Part shown: positions 14,376-64,000 of the stretch, piece by piece
How the letters are laid out: every line of letters begins with the position of its first letter
How positions within the stretch are numbered: position 1 is the stretch's first letter
Origin: Octopus vulgaris
Lineage: Eukaryota
NCBI GenBank assembly: GCA_951406725.2
Contig: CATOCA020000001.1
Coordinates: forward strand, 10,416,001-10,480,000
DNA: 64,000 nucleotides
Reading direction: 5' to 3'
Translations under genes and position numbers: made by a program
The notes under the pieces: generated by a model
What the model was told of the DNA's origin: nothing
Databases searched by the model: none
Seen by the model: the letters and a program-made list of their open reading frames with translations, nothing else

Positions 14376-14377
<2 letters not shown>
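13995..14377 (-). mobile_element. tRNA-derived SINE related to 12934-13258, opposite orientation
   Basis: Shares the reverse complement of gagaactacgttaagggt.cacgtgtctgtgga..gctcagcca; tRNA-like head at ~14310-14377. Confidence 0.8.
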
Positions 14378-14456
<79 letters not shown>

Positions 14457-14933
14457 CATACAAACGTACATATATATATTCTTTTACTCTTTTAATTGTT
14501 TCTGTCATTTGACTGTGGCCATGGTGGAGCACCGCATTTAGTCGAGTAAATCGACCCCAGAACTTATTCTTTGTAAGCCTAGTACTTATTCCATCGGTTT
14601 CTTTTGCCGAACCGCTAATCTACGGGGACGTAAACACACCAGCATCCGTTGTCAAGCGATGCTTCGGACACACACACACACACATATATATATTTTATAT
14701 ATATATATATATACGACGGGCTTCTTTCAGTTTCCGTCTACCAAATCGACTCACAAGGCTTTGGTCGGCCCGTGGCTATAGTAGAAAACACTTGCCCAAG
14801 GTGCCTCGCAGTGGGACTGAACCCGGAACCATGTGGTTGGTAAGCAAGCTACTTAAGACACACCCACTCCTGCGCCTATATATATATATAAATATATATA
14901 TATATGTGTGTGTGTGTGTGCGTGTATGTGTGT

Positions 14934-14971
<38 letters not shown>

Positions 14972-15709
14972 ATATATATTGGACCCCCTTCGGTCATGAA
15001 TGAGGGATTGCATTTACAATGTTACCCTCCGAGACACAAGTCTGGGCAAGGTTGTTTATGGAAGACCAGCAGTTGCCCATGCATACCAGCCTCTCCTCTC
15101 CACGCCACCGATGTTATCCTCATTACTCGAAGTCTGCCACAAGGATGTTGATTTTGGTAGTACTTGACATCGCTGAGTCACTACGGATTTACCAGTGGAT
15201 TAGCTATAGATTTATAATAATGTGAATGGAGTAAACAGGGATTAACTGTTCCGTTAATCATAGTATTTTCTATCCACAGCTGAGTATGTATTGCAGGTAA
15301 TCTATTTCTGGAGTTTTTAGAGGGGTAGTCTACAGTAGCCTTTATACTGCTATGGATAGAGTCAGCCATGTGTTGTACAGTTGTCATCATCTATTCTTCA
15401 TTTAGGAGAGTGTTCATATTTGTATTACTTTTCACGACAAAGTCAATGTCGTCAACGTTTCGAGAGTACATATTTAAGTGGATGTTACGGGTCACTAGGC
15501 ACTGCTTAAAATGCCTGTCCCATCATACTATGAAGAGGCTGGCAACATCACCGGTGATCCCTACACCAATAGCACTGCCTTTCATCTGTTTGTCGTCTTA
15601 TTCTTTCTCGCGTAAACAGTTCTTTTTTTTCAGTTGGTTTAAATGTGTTCCCACGTTTCACCTTTTACCATTTACGTTATTTTTCCAAAACGTTTACTTA
15701 TTATAATTT

Positions 15710-16478
15710 CTTCCCAACTTTCCTCTCCATTTCTGTATATTTAAAAACAAAAACACCTTGTCACCGAATTTGAAGTATTTTATCTTATTTTCGGTGTTTC
15801 CTTCTATTTCCCCCCACCTTTTCTTCCCGGTAGTAATTTGTCGAGCACTGACCTGACTTTCCTGGCGAACATTAGTTCAGCCGGCGACATACCTGAAGTG
15901 GTGTTGGGGTTAGGTGTTATTCGGTAGACACTTAAGAAATGCGTCAATGCAGTATGAACTAGTAGCTCATTCCTAGCTGGTTTTTTTTAGCGTCCTCTTA
16001 AACTTGTCTACAAAACGTTCCGCTAGTCCATTCGATCTCGGATGGTATGGCCGAGTAGTAATATGCTCCATTGCATGCATTTTGTAAAAGCTTTTTAATT
16101 CCTTCGATGTCAACTATGTTCCGCTTTCAGACACTATATTGTCTGGGGTGCCATATCGCGCAAAATGTTCGTCCAGAAATTGCATTGCCACTTTGGAGGA
16201 TGGCTTCCTACATTTACATATTTCCGGCCATTTCGTGTAACTGTCCACAGCTAATAGATAATGCCTTCCATTTATCGGTCCTGTACTCTATGTCAGTCTT
16301 GGGCCAAGGCTGAATTTTTATAGGTAGTGCTTTTTATTGCCAGGGCACAACCCCTGCAGGCCTTCACCAATTTCAATTTCCTGATCCATATTCAACCAGT
16401 AAACTTAGCTTCTCATCAGTGCTTTCATTCTTGCGTTCCTGGATGTCCCTTGTGGAATACTTTTAGCATACAATATTG
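15710..16478 (-). mobile_element. Decayed gypsy integrase, duplicate copy
   Basis: Same sequence as 900-1665 within the segmental duplication. Confidence 0.8.
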
Positions 16479-17639
16479 CAAAGCTGCAACAAATGTGAAT
16501 AAATATCTAAATGGATAGGCATACACATGCATGTATGTGTATTTGTGTATACATATACATTTAAATATATGTATATAGATATGTATACATATGCAATGAG
16601 TGTATGTATACATCTGACAGTTTTCACAAAAGGAAAATAAAACTCCTTATCACATCCAAAAATAAGCGTTTTAAAAATTCAAAACCTGTCAAAACTAGGT
16701 TTTGGCTGAGAGATAAAGGTTTCCTGAAATTATCTGCCCTTCACTTCCACCACAGCCTCAACACATCTTCAAAGCCTGGCATATGCGTTCCTCACTGTGT
16801 CCTTGGGGAGATTTTCGAACCCCTCTTTGATCTTGGTCATCAGCTTGGACTTAGTGCTGCAGGAAGAGTGGTTGGTATCTTTCTCAATTGCGCCCCTCAC
16901 ATAGTAATCCAGGGTATTACAATCAGGGGAATTAGAAGACCAGAAATTCGGGCTGGGGCAGTCGTAGAAAATCTCCAACAATCACGTCTGGTTCCTTCCA
17001 GCGGTATGACGAAGAGATGAATCTTGCTGCCACATATATGACCTTCCAATGGCAATCCTTTCCAGCCAGAGTTTGATCCCAGTCTGCAGCAGTTTCACAA
17101 AGCTGTCTGTGAAGAGCGTAACTCACTACCTGCTCAACGATGTGGCAATGAATTGTGGTGTGGTGCAGACACACTCAGAACTCCTACTATGTCCCTTCCC
17201 AGTAGCTACAGATTCACAGTCTCATGCGTGTGTCACATCTCACAGCCTTTACAGTATTCACAGAGCATTGAGCATCAGTCATGATGTCGGCATTTTGATA
17301 TCCACCAAAAATTACAATGATACAGGAAACTCTTTTCAAATATTCAGAAATTTAATCTCCATGGTCTCCAACGCTGTTGACTGTTCACTAATGCATGAAG
17401 CTCTTGAGGAAAAGAAGTAGACTAAACAAATCACCAAATTTGTGTATTTATAATATATACAAGCGCTCACCCGACCTTTGACCCAGTGTGTACTCTACAC
17501 AAATGTATTCATAAAACATCTATCGTAATGCTTATGTATTAAGATCTTAGTTAAAGGTTACTAGTCGCTCCTCTCCAAAAGATAAAGTTTTAAATTCCAA
17601 CCTGACTTGTCGTTACTTTGATGTTTCTTGTTCTCTGGA

Positions 17640-17900
17640 GCAGGCATTTCTATCTGCGTTACTTTGAAGTTGTTCTGTTGACGTATATTCTAATGGCTTG
17701 AGACTCGAACCTCTGTCGTTTCCCCTCTGGTGTCTCTTGTTCCCTCCAGCAGGCTTGCCTAGTTGTTTGAAACTGATGTTTTACTTCCTGTTGCTGTTGT
17801 GTCTCTACGACATTTCTTTGTCTCCGTGCCTGTCCTGCCTTTCTTCTCGTGTCTCCATAGACCTTCAACTTCGGGAGCTTTGAGCTCCAGATGATTGAAA
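17640..17900 (-). mobile_element. Probable Helitron N-terminal fragment
   Basis: Minus ORF with R/Q/E-rich ETPEGKRQRF-type repeats typical of animal Helitron N-termini; weak support. Confidence 0.4.
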
Positions 17901-19146
17901 AATATTATGTTGTCTTCTACGCATCATACTCTCTTTGCTCTCTTTACTCTTTTACTTGTTTGAGTCATTTGACTGCGGCCATGCTGGAGCACCGCCTTTG
18001 TCGAGCAGCTCGACCCCGGGACTTATTTTGTAAGCCCAGTACTTATTCTATCGGTCTCTTTTGCCGAACCGCTAAGTGACAGGGACGTAATGCTAGGGGG
18101 ACAAACACACACACATACACATATATACATATATATACATATATACGACAGGCTTCTTTCAGTTTCCGTCTACCAAATCCACTCACAAGGCATTGGTCGG
18201 CCCGGGGCTATAGCAGAAGACACTTGCCCAAGGTGCCACGCAGTGGGACTGAACCCGGAACCATGTGGTTGGTTAGCAAGCTACTTACCACACAGCCACT
18301 CCTGCGCCTGAATGTTCTGAAGTAAAATATCTTTAAAAAATCCACAATAAATCCCGTAACATGCAATTCATTTTTGTTGTTTCTAAATTCAATCACGTGA
18401 CTTTATTTCATTCGTTTACCAAACTTCATAAAAATCGGTTCAATAAATTTTCATTTATCATTATACATTTATATGTATGTATGTGTATGTGTGTGTATAC
18501 ACTCATACATAGGCATACATGTTTATATACACCTATGCATATGCTTGTGTGTGTATGTGTGAGTTGGTAAATGTGTGTTCGTGCCTGTATGTTTCTTTAC
18601 ATTTCGTTCATCGATGAATTGTGCAAAAATTATGTTCATCTTAGAAAAGAAAATATTTTGAAAACAAATGAATTTAATATTGACAAACAATAAAGAAGTG
18701 GAATGGAACCAGTGCGTGTGTTAATGATATTGGCATAATGACTCCCTGGACACTACAAAATTCATATATGTATATATCTGTGTATATAGTCACAGGAATG
18801 GCTGTGTGGTAAGAAGCTTGCTTCCTCACCACATGGTTCTGCGTTCAATTCCTTGAAGCCTTGCGATTGAATTTGGTAGATGGGAAGTGAAAGAAGCCCG
18901 TCGCATATATATACGTGTGTGTTTATATGGACTCTTCATCATCGATTGGCAACCGGTGTTGGTGTATTTACATCACCATAACTTTGCGGTTCGCTTAAGG
19001 ATGCCGATAGAATAAGGACTAGGCTGAAAAAACGTCCGGGGGTTGATTTGTTCAACTAGAACCTTTCAAGATGGTGCTACAGAATGGTCGCTGTCAAGTG
19101 CCTGAAACAAGTAAAAGACTTTGAAAACTGAATATAAATATGTGTA

Positions 19147-19201
<55 letters not shown>

Positions 19202-20208
19202 GTGATAAAGTCAAGTTTCATGTATTTAGCGTCTGTAACCGTAACTCCCTCCCACTCCTTTTGCTGTTTTAGCTTTCTTTCTGACCTGTCCATAAATTAT
19301 CTTTACAACTTCCACACTTCCGAACTTCAAATTGTAAACCCAGTGTTTATTTCAATGCCTCGCTTCCTCCAATTCCTCTCTCTCTTATTCTTCTCTTAGC
19401 CTATGTTATTAAGTCTGCTATGCGTATGTGTGTGTGTGTATAATATATACAAGCAGTCCCCTGGCCTTTGTCTCGGCGTGTAGTGTACACAAATGTATTC
19501 ATAAAACATCTTTCGTAATGCTTATGTATTAAGATCTTAATTAAAGGTTACAAGTCGATACCCTTCACAAGAAATAGTTTCAAATTCCAACCTTAAGTAC
19601 ACACACACACACACACACATACACACACACAGACAAATTTACAGAAAACAAAAGACACACACACACACACACACACAAATATGTATATATATACATATAT
19701 ATATAGTCATGTAGTCACATGTCCGACTATACTGCCAGATGTTACACATCACTGGTCACAATGTGCTTTGCATCGTTTTACGTTTTGAATGATGCCACTC
19801 CACTGGTTAGGAAAGCAGGCGAACATTCGGAAGTCTTGGGAAAGGAAGGGCATTGCAAGAATCAAACCCACGATCTAGCTATTCTGAGGGTAGCACCCGA
19901 ATCCCTATGCCATACAGCTACTCACACATGCACACGAGTATACACATACATAGACTTATATATGTACGTATATGTATAAAAAGCAATCATTTTACACCTT
20001 TTCTCCATACTACCATGGGTTGTATGAGTATATTATTCATCCATTCTTTCTGCATCTGGATCCCCTTCATGTTATTAACCCTTACCTGTTGTTCAAGGGA
20101 TCAATAATTCCAATGGTTTGTCTATTAACAGGGAAAATGATAATCTAATCGTTCATAGCAATTTTCAGTAAAAGTAAATGGAAACATACACACACACACT
20201 CAAGCAGG

Positions 20209-20246
<38 letters not shown>

Positions 20247-21188
20247 TTCGTACACTCACACAAACACACAGACACTTCATTTTGGCAGTTTTTTCACTGG
20301 TCGTCAGATTTTGTCCAGCGTTGTACGATAGGCTTCTCTCAGATTATCTCTATTTAATCCACTCAGAAGCCTTGATCAGCCATGGGATTTAGAAGAAGTT
20401 ACTTGCCCAAGGTGTCATACAGTGGGACAAAACTGGTGGTTGGCGTTTGGAAGGGCATCCAGCAGTAAAATACCCGATAAAATAGACAGTAGCCCAGGGT
20501 AGTTTTTTTCTACCTGGCCTGCTCCTGTCACCCATCTTACTCATGAATGGATGGAAAAGTGGACGTTAAGTGATGATGGCAATGATATATGTATATATAT
20601 ATATATATATATATAATGGAAATTTATTAAATAATTATGAAATAGTCATAAAGATATTTTCAAAAATCTATAAAGTAAGTACTTGCTGATAGTTTCAGAT
20701 TTGATCTCATCTACTTTGCTAGTGTTTTGACAAAGATCAATACAGGAGGTTTTATTGAACAAACTCGGTTTCATTGATTCTTTAATATTTTTCGTATATT
20801 TACCTTTCTCTGGAGAATCAGTTTGTCTTTGATATAAAGTGCCCTCCACCGTAGCTGGGGTATGATCCACAGATTTATAGCTCAACATGTACGCTGCCTC
20901 TACGTAGCTGATCAACAGACTGTACATTCCAATATTGAGGGTTTAATAGTAACCAGTCAATATGTAATCTAACCTAGAGACACAACACAATTACTGTTGT
21001 TAGGTTTATTAGTGTCAAGAAGAACATTCAGCTATGAATAATACTTTAGATAAACTGAAGTTTACAATATCAATGTTATCTTATGCAAGATTTTAGAACC
21101 ATCAACTTCTGTTTATTGTTGTTTACCTCATTTTATAAGTTTTTCAAAACTGTTTTACTCTTTTTTTGACATCTTTTATTCAGAAGAC

Positions 21189-57201
<36,013 letters not shown>

Positions 57202-57317
57202 GTGAGTAGAAAGTAACTGTACCTAATTATGTTAGACCACATTACACCATAAAAAGCATAGGGTTGGTTTCCCGGTTCCCCCGGCTTATATATTTTTCCA
57301 TGAATAGGACGCTAGTC

Positions 57318-57674
57318 ATCATCATTTAGTGTCCGCTTTCCATGCTAGCATGGGTTGGACGGTTCAACTGGGGTCTGCAAGCCAGAAGGCTGCACCAGGC
57401 CCAGTCTGATCTGGCAAAGTTTCTACGGCTGGATGCCCTTCCTAACGCCAACCACTCCGTGAATGTAGTGGGTGCTTTTTACGTGCCACCGGCACAGGTG
57501 CCAGACGAGGCTGGCAAACGGTCACGATTGGAAGGTGCTTTTTACGTGCCATCGGCACAGAGGCCAGTCGGGCGGCACTGGTAACGGCCACGTTCGGATG
57601 GTTCTTTTACGTACCACCGGCACTGGTATCACAGCTACAATTTCCATTGATGTTGATCGATTTTGATTTTGATT
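57318..57674 (-). mobile_element. Retroposon (RTE-tail-type SINE) nested in another SINE, 5-bp TSD
   Basis: tagtc at 57313-57317 and 57675-57679; (CAT)n tail at left; three internal ggtgcttttacgtgcc subrepeats; host SINE resumes at 57680. Confidence 0.65.
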
Positions 57675-57729
57675 TAGTCCGCTGTAAAATTACATATTTT
57701 CGCCAGCTGAGTGGACTGAAGTGTTGGAC

Positions 57730-58790
57730 ATATTTTTATCACGTGATTTTGACTCAGAGGATTTAGTAACGAGGATTTATGTGGACTGGGCCTTCCTGAT
57801 GTGCCTAACTTCCCCAGTGAATGATTTCCTTCAAACCGCTAAAAATGTATTTGATACTCTGCATCAACCCCATTTCATAGCAAAGGCTCAAACTAGTCTC
57901 CTTTTTCATCAGAAAGATGATCTGACATCAAATCATGCGAGAGTATTGTCAGACTTGGCAGAAAATTATAGTTTTGTAGTGAAGGATTCGGAGCAAGGTT
58001 TTCATCGGAACAACTCCCAGGCCAATATATTCATCCATTCGTGATCTGTTATAAGACTGGTTCAAACCCACAATGCACTTTAATCTGTGTCATATTTGAT
58101 TGTTTGAAACATTACAGCACCATAGTGCATGCTTTTATTACGAGGGTGATATCGCATATAAAGACAGAACTTCCATTCATAAACCATCTCCTGTACTTCA
58201 GTGACGGTGCAGCCGACCAATACAAGAACTAGAGACACCAAAAAAATCTCTGTCATCATCAGAATGATCAAGGACTTGAAGCGGAGTCGTATTTCTTTGC
58301 CATGTCATGTGGAAAAAGTACATATGAGGGGATCAGTAGGATGGTGAAATGTGTTGCTGAAAAAGCAAGTCTACAAGCAACCAGGAAAGACATTTTCTCA
58401 CAGGTTGCAAGATGTATGGCTGAGCATGTGCAAGCATTCCAGAGATAATGTTCTTTGACATGTCGGCAGCCGATGTCATCCAAAATGAAAACAGCTTCGA
58501 TTTGCTTTCACGAATCAGCAGCTCAGTGAAATTAGTTGGCACACGATCCCATCACCGCTTCGTCCCTTCTTCAAGATCTGATCTTCTAACGAAGAAGATA
58601 TCAGCTGATGACAATTTCACTCTTGTAGGTGAGGAGAGGCCAGCATCTGAGCAAAATATTTCAAAGTTAAAGTCCTGAAAATATGTTGGATACACGAATG
58701 AAAATGATTGGTACATTGGTCGTATCATTGAACTCTCAGATGAAAACAAAGATTTATTAATTTCTTGCACCAATCAACGCATGACTTCAG
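57730..58790 (+). mobile_element. Decayed DDD-type DNA transposase (possibly Sola superfamily)
   Basis: Fragments DLAENYSFVVKD..QGFH, YFSDGAADQYKN, FFAMSCGKSTYEGI across frames; superfamily assignment recalled, not verified. Confidence 0.65.
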
Positions 58791-59194
58791 TCATGGCGTT
58801 CCTCGATCTGTAGCAATGCTTGTCGGGTGCCCTAACAGAACATTATCTGATTGGTTTGAGAACCTGGGACAGAGAACCAGGTTTTATAAGCTGGCCCCTG
58901 AGGATCTGCTCTCATCCAGAAGAGATTGTCATCGTTTATATCTAGTTATTTTTACAATCAAAAATACAAAACGTATAATAATGATCTAATTAGATAATTG
59001 TCTGTTAATATGTAATCAATGAATTGTAAATCAATAACATCTCAAATTGTAATTGGGAGTTTTACTTTAATACCATAAGCATTTCAGTATGAAAATAATA
59101 TGATTTAAAATATAAATTTTTATATGTAAAATAAGATCCTTTTTACCAAATAGGCGGCTTATATCTGCCTGATCTTGTGTGATCATTTTCAGGG

Positions 59195-59575
59195 GAGGAA
59201 ATGAGGCGAGTATATCGACCCCAGTACACAACTGGTACTTATTTTATTTACCCTGAAAAGATGAAAGGCAAAGACAACCTCGATGGAATTATAAACTCAG
59301 AACGTGAAGACGGACGAAACGCCACTAGGCATTTTGTTCGGCGCGCCACCGATTCTGCTAGTTCGCCGCTTTAATATTATTAAATAATAGATAAGGTGAC
59401 CCCTGGCAGAATCGTTAATGCACTTAACTGCATTTCGTCCGTCTTTAGGTTCTAATTTCAAATTCTGCCGAGGTTGACTTAGCCTTTTCACCCCTTCAGG
59501 GTCAAAAGGAAAATACCAGTTGTGCACTGGGGTCGATGTAATCAATGTACTCCCTCCCCGAACTTGCTGGTCCTG
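59195..59575. mobile_element. Head-to-head inverted pair of same-family SINEs
   Basis: 59195-59369 (-) and 59396-59575 (+) separated by a ~27-bp AT-rich spacer. Confidence 0.75.
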
Positions 59576-61249
59576 TCACTTTTATTAACCTTGTGTGATA
59601 AAAGTTTTGTCAGAGAACTGTGCAAGATTTTTAAAAAGCACATATTGGAAAAATAAAATTAACTGTGAAGAAGTTAAGAACAGACTTTGAGATTTTGAAC
59701 GAATAAAGTGTAGATGTATACAATCTTGGAGAATGAGTTTCGATCCATTGTTGAATACGACACATGGTTTACTGGCGAGTTGAAAATTGTCAAAAACGCG
59801 ATTTTTACACTCGGAACGAGTTTCAGAGGCCTCTAAATATCATATTGTATATTGTGAATATTCTTATCATAGGTAGATCATTTCTCAAATTGTAGAACCT
59901 CAACAGAACTTAGCACTTTCGAGTAACATTTTACACCTTATTACTCTCTGTAATTTTACAATTTTCCTTGGTTACAAGACCACATCCATACGAACCGTGA
60001 TTATGGTCCCTATGTTTCAGTATGTTTTGATGGTATTGTGTTTTCGATTCATTTCATAGGAAACACTATGTTGTGGAACATATCTGTATACGTATTTGAC
60101 ACTAATTAGATGTATTTTATAAAACATTTTAGAAACATTTTCAATTAGTTGACGTCAATGATCATTAGTGACAAATGTGGTAAAACAGTGATGGTGGAAT
60201 GGGGTGTGAGCAGGGTTTCATATTCCTTGTAATGTTGTTAACTACAACAACAGGAAGACGGTTTTCTGTCAGGTGAATATTTCTACAGAAGGTGTCCATT
60301 TCGTCCCCTCAGATTTGATTGAACTGAATTCTCAGCCCATTCAGAGGCACCGCATTGATTGAGGGGACATCAAAGGAGAGACGAAATTTTGGTTGATATA
60401 TAGAAGAGGGTTGTCAGAGATATCCTAGAGTTTTCAGAATCACTTCCATTCTACCATTTCAGATCTTTTCACTGCTATAATGTAAGGATTAAGAGTTACC
60501 TGTAGTAGGGTGAAGTTTGTGCAAGTGTATCCTCTTTGAGGTCACCTATTATCATTTTCCGCTCACCTTTATAAACACTGATCTATTAAGGTGTTTTAAA
60601 GCATTTCATGCATCAGCTGACATTCTGGTGAACAGTGATGCAGGAAGTTGAAAACTAATGATTACCTGCAGCAATGTTTAAGAAGGAGATCAGGTGTGAG
60701 TGTTTATATAACTTAAAGTGGTGTGTCTAATGTGTTAATGGTTAGATCATGGATAACCAAACTGGTTGCCATTGGAATTAAGCAAAGATGAGAATAACGG
60801 TGGTTAGAGAAGGGCAGAAGTGAGGGCACAATTTCACGTCATATGTTTAGTGCAGATATAAGAAAGGAAAGACAAACCTAATAAAAGAATAATAATGAAA
60901 TTATTGTATACAGTGCTCAGGTGCACCACTTGTCAGAGAGTGCGTATAAAGTACATGCTGTAATGGACAAATGTCTGGAAAGCGGACAATGCATGAGTCA
61001 GACACATGCTTGTGTGTGTATGGAGGGGAGAAAATCAGGTGTAGTGTTGGCGAATCTCAGAAAGCATGGAAAGCCGCAGATAGATAGCCGGAGAGCGGCT
61101 CACAAAGGACTTGGTGAGTGATGCCAAGACACCCTCAGCCTTCTTGACAATTTTAGCGATGTGTTTTGTCCAACGCAAACCACTGTCGACAATTACACCC
61201 AGAGTAAGATCAGTAATTCCCAGTGATGGACGATTTCAAACACGGAATG

Positions 61250-62280
61250 AAACTAGGAATCAACAATGATTTCAGCAAGAATCACGCAGATAGTTGTATG
61301 AAGAAAACGAGAGCAAAAGGCATCCAACGAGGAGATGGACTACCATACAAAGTATACAAGTTTTATCCACAATTATATCACAATCTTTACCTATTACTTT
61401 GAGAGTTGTAGCAAAAAAGTGGATCGGTTGATGATTGGTTCAAGGCAGAAGGAGATTACTTACCAATGGAAGCTAATGCAAAGCTGATCGATCACTTCAG
61501 AACAATTTCAATCTTTGAGTATAGATACCAAGATTTGCTTAGGTGTACTTAATGAGAGACCAACTATATATCTACAAAATATTGTCTATAGGACTTAACA
61601 CAAAAACAACAAAATGGATTTGCATGTTGTATGACTTGATCTGGCTAATACTTCACATTCTGTATCACACAAATAATTGAGGAAGCAACAGAGTTATTTT
61701 ATATATGGGAGAAGATAACAGATATGGTGAGGAGTTGCTATAGGAATCTCAAAAATGACATTTTACAAGAGTGTTTTACAAGAGACTGGCTTCGTCTTGA
61801 AAATGGAATAGCTATACTTTGCATAACATTCATTTGGTTTGTGCTTGTTATGGGGATGTTACTTAGATCAGCAGATTGATCAGAAGAAAGGGCTGTATTG
61901 ACATCACCGAAGAAGGCACTAATTGATTACCTAAGAATATTAACAAGAGACCAAAACGTTACGTAAATATTTCTGGATGGTATGAACAAACTAATTTCTT
62001 GGTCAAGAATCGGGTATAAAGCAAATAATTCAATCTGTCATTTTTTAAATTTTAGCAGGAGGAAGTAAATTTCAAAATAGCTGGGAATTCTTTGTGAAGG
62101 ATTAAAAAGAAAGTTGTAAAATAATTTAGAGGATGGTACGCTAGTTTGTTGTCTGTGAAGAGTAGACGCATTGAGATCATGGCACAAACCAAGGAAGAGT
62201 TTGAAGCGGGAGATAAACCAAAATATCTGGGCAAATAACAGATTTGTAGCTTGCTGTTTGATCTGTGTCTCCGTCTTTCT
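61250..62280 (+). mobile_element. Highly decayed RLE-type (R2/R4/HERO-like) RT region
   Basis: HFRTISI and LDLANTSHSVSH resemble FR.ISL and WLDLANAYGSVPH motifs. Confidence 0.55.
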
Positions 62281-63389
62281 TATATATACTTGAGAATCAT
62301 TTGCAATGTACCATTTCAGATATATTCATCATAATAATATGTCGATGACAAGTTGTATATAGATAATAACATGTGTTACAAGTGTATAGTTTTTTTAGAA
62401 CAGTTGTTATTAATTTTCTGCTCTACTGTGTAGAATTTATCTTCACTCATGCGGAAAGAAAACTGCTTCATTAAGGAAGACGTATGACATTCAAATGTCT
62501 TCAAATATTTCCTTAATCAGATGACATTCTGGTTAACTGCAGCATAAATGTTTAAGAAAGAGAGCAGGTGTAAGATCCTACTTGGAGTGGGGTATCATGT
62601 GTTTGTGGTTCGAGTTTTGTTGACGGACTTGGTTGATAACGGAATTAAGTGGATGAATAAAAGAATGCCAGAAAGCGATATCTAGATGTGAGGGAGAAAA
62701 TGCCATCTCATCAATACTGGCACAGATATAAGAAAAGAAATGCTCAACTTAGAAAGGAAGAGCGTTATCAAGTGATAATTATATGAGATAATTGTTGAAT
62801 TGTTAGATTATGTAGTATGTCTCAATAAACAGAGTAGAATAAGGTTTGTTAGTCTATTTCGTTGTAGACCTAAACATTGAGCTAGGGTATAGTAACACTG
62901 TAGAAAGTATAAAAATGTTAAACAAACCCTTAGGGGTCACCAGTTGACCATTGGCGAAAGGATAGTCTGGCAATTATAAACACGTTAGCTGACATGGAGG
63001 ATTGGAAGGGAACTGCAGGTTGGAAAGGGATTTCCTGTATTTAGACACAGTTGCAAGGCCTTATGCGTGGCAGTAGGATTCGGCTCCTTACCATACATCT
63101 GAAGTGGTTGTCTGAGTACTTATGCAGTTTTAGTGGACCCATTTGTAAACTTCCTAGTTTCCCTGATTGAAATCTCATTGATTAGTTTGTATGGGACACG
63201 GTTGAGAAATATACCATTCGCTCTGACTGCAACACCAAAGTTGAGCTGGTGGCCAAAACTAAAGAAGTTGTCAAAGGTTTTTTTCCCGCTGTCAATAAGA
63301 GGAGCAGAGGTGTCAGGTTTCAGGGACGTCTTGTGTACCAAACAAATTATTGATGAAATCAATAAACTTCTTTTACATACCGATTGACT

Positions 63390-63740
63390 CTCAGGTTCAA
63401 GATCTGAAGCTCATTTCTCAACACTTCCTTCCAGTTTTCTTGAGGTTCTCTCCACATTTACAAATCGGTGCTCTTTATACAGCTGATCTTATTCATACAC
63501 ATCACATGGTCATACTAGCACAGTCGTCTGTCTTGCGTACTACATACATGTGATAACTCTCGACTTTTATCTTAAAACGTGTCAGCATTTTATACCTGCA
63601 CGCTGACAGTCACCATCCAGTGGAGCGTGCTGGTTCCATTTTGTTCAAGCCTTTACACGTCCTCTGTGTTCACTACATACATTTCACTACTATGTAGCTT
63701 ACACAGCTGTCCATACACAGGCTGCCCATTGGTGATCAGA
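63390..63740 (-). mobile_element. RTE-type LINE fragment inserted in the third intron module
   Basis: Decayed RRLC.YDHVMCMNKISCIK signature similar to 48195-48530. Confidence 0.5.
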
Positions 63741-63830
63741 AAGTCCCACAATAATAAAATATATATTATTAATATCTAGATTTAAAATATTTTATTATAA
63801 ATTTGAAAAACCTTGAAATATTTATTTCAG

Positions 63831-63856
63831 TGTTTCCCAAATCTCAGAACAAGCAG
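63831..63856 (+). CDS. Possible micro-exon 10 (VFPKSQNKQ), at the position paralogous to exon 9
   Basis: Same acceptor tttatttcag at the end of an intron module homologous to the one before exon 9; CAG|gtaaat donor; open in phase 1. Confidence 0.4.
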
Positions 63857-64000
63857 GTAAATAGGTTTACCTGAGCTATTTTGTTCGTAGGAATTATTAA
63901 GAATATGTTCTATTCCTAAATTCCAATTGCACGTTTTAGCTGTAAACTGATTATATTAAAGGGATCGATATTACTGACATTTCATAATTTAACCACTCAA

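Larger units (their letters stand above)
14804..21070 (+). repeat. Segmental duplication copy 2, immediately upstream of exon 1
   Basis: Matches 1-3975 and has ~2.1 kb extra (17725-19833). Confidence 0.95.

Noticed and set aside
57470-57625. Regularly spaced ~25-bp repeats with variable spacers, superficially CRISPR-like
   Set aside because: Only three degenerate units inside a eukaryotic retroposon with a TSD; no cas genes; a related sequence occurs at 3705-3785

Overview
AT-rich, microsatellite-saturated animal genomic DNA, most likely octopus (coleoid cephalopod), judged from the tRNA-derived SINE families and the (TA)n/(CA)n/(GAT)n density. The main feature is one spliced + strand gene, assembled by hand from GT-AG sites with consistent intron phases: exons 21189-21266, 29098-29255, 31744-31897, 34684-34838, 41086-41122, 46659-46871, 49172-49347, 55690-55832 and 57151-57201, possibly 63831-63856, with no stop found in the window. 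It encodes about 8 ankyrin repeats followed by a C3HC4 RING finger, resembling the C-terminal half of Mind bomb (MIB1/2) E3 ligases. Its introns hold a 4.4-kb polypurine satellite, 2.3-kb and 5.1-kb (GAT)n tracts, a decayed IR/DR Tc1 transposon, a ~470-bp-arm palindrome of a 492-bp satellite, a tandem duplication carrying two in-frame 48-nt candidate cassette exons, and three diverged intron modules. They also contain Penelope-type repeats with hammerhead-like cores and many LINE, SINE, Helitron and DNA-transposon relics. Bases 1-3975 duplicate 14804-21070, the region just upstream of the gene. Nearly all long ORFs in the supplied track are simple-repeat artefacts. All calls are by eye; no searches were run.
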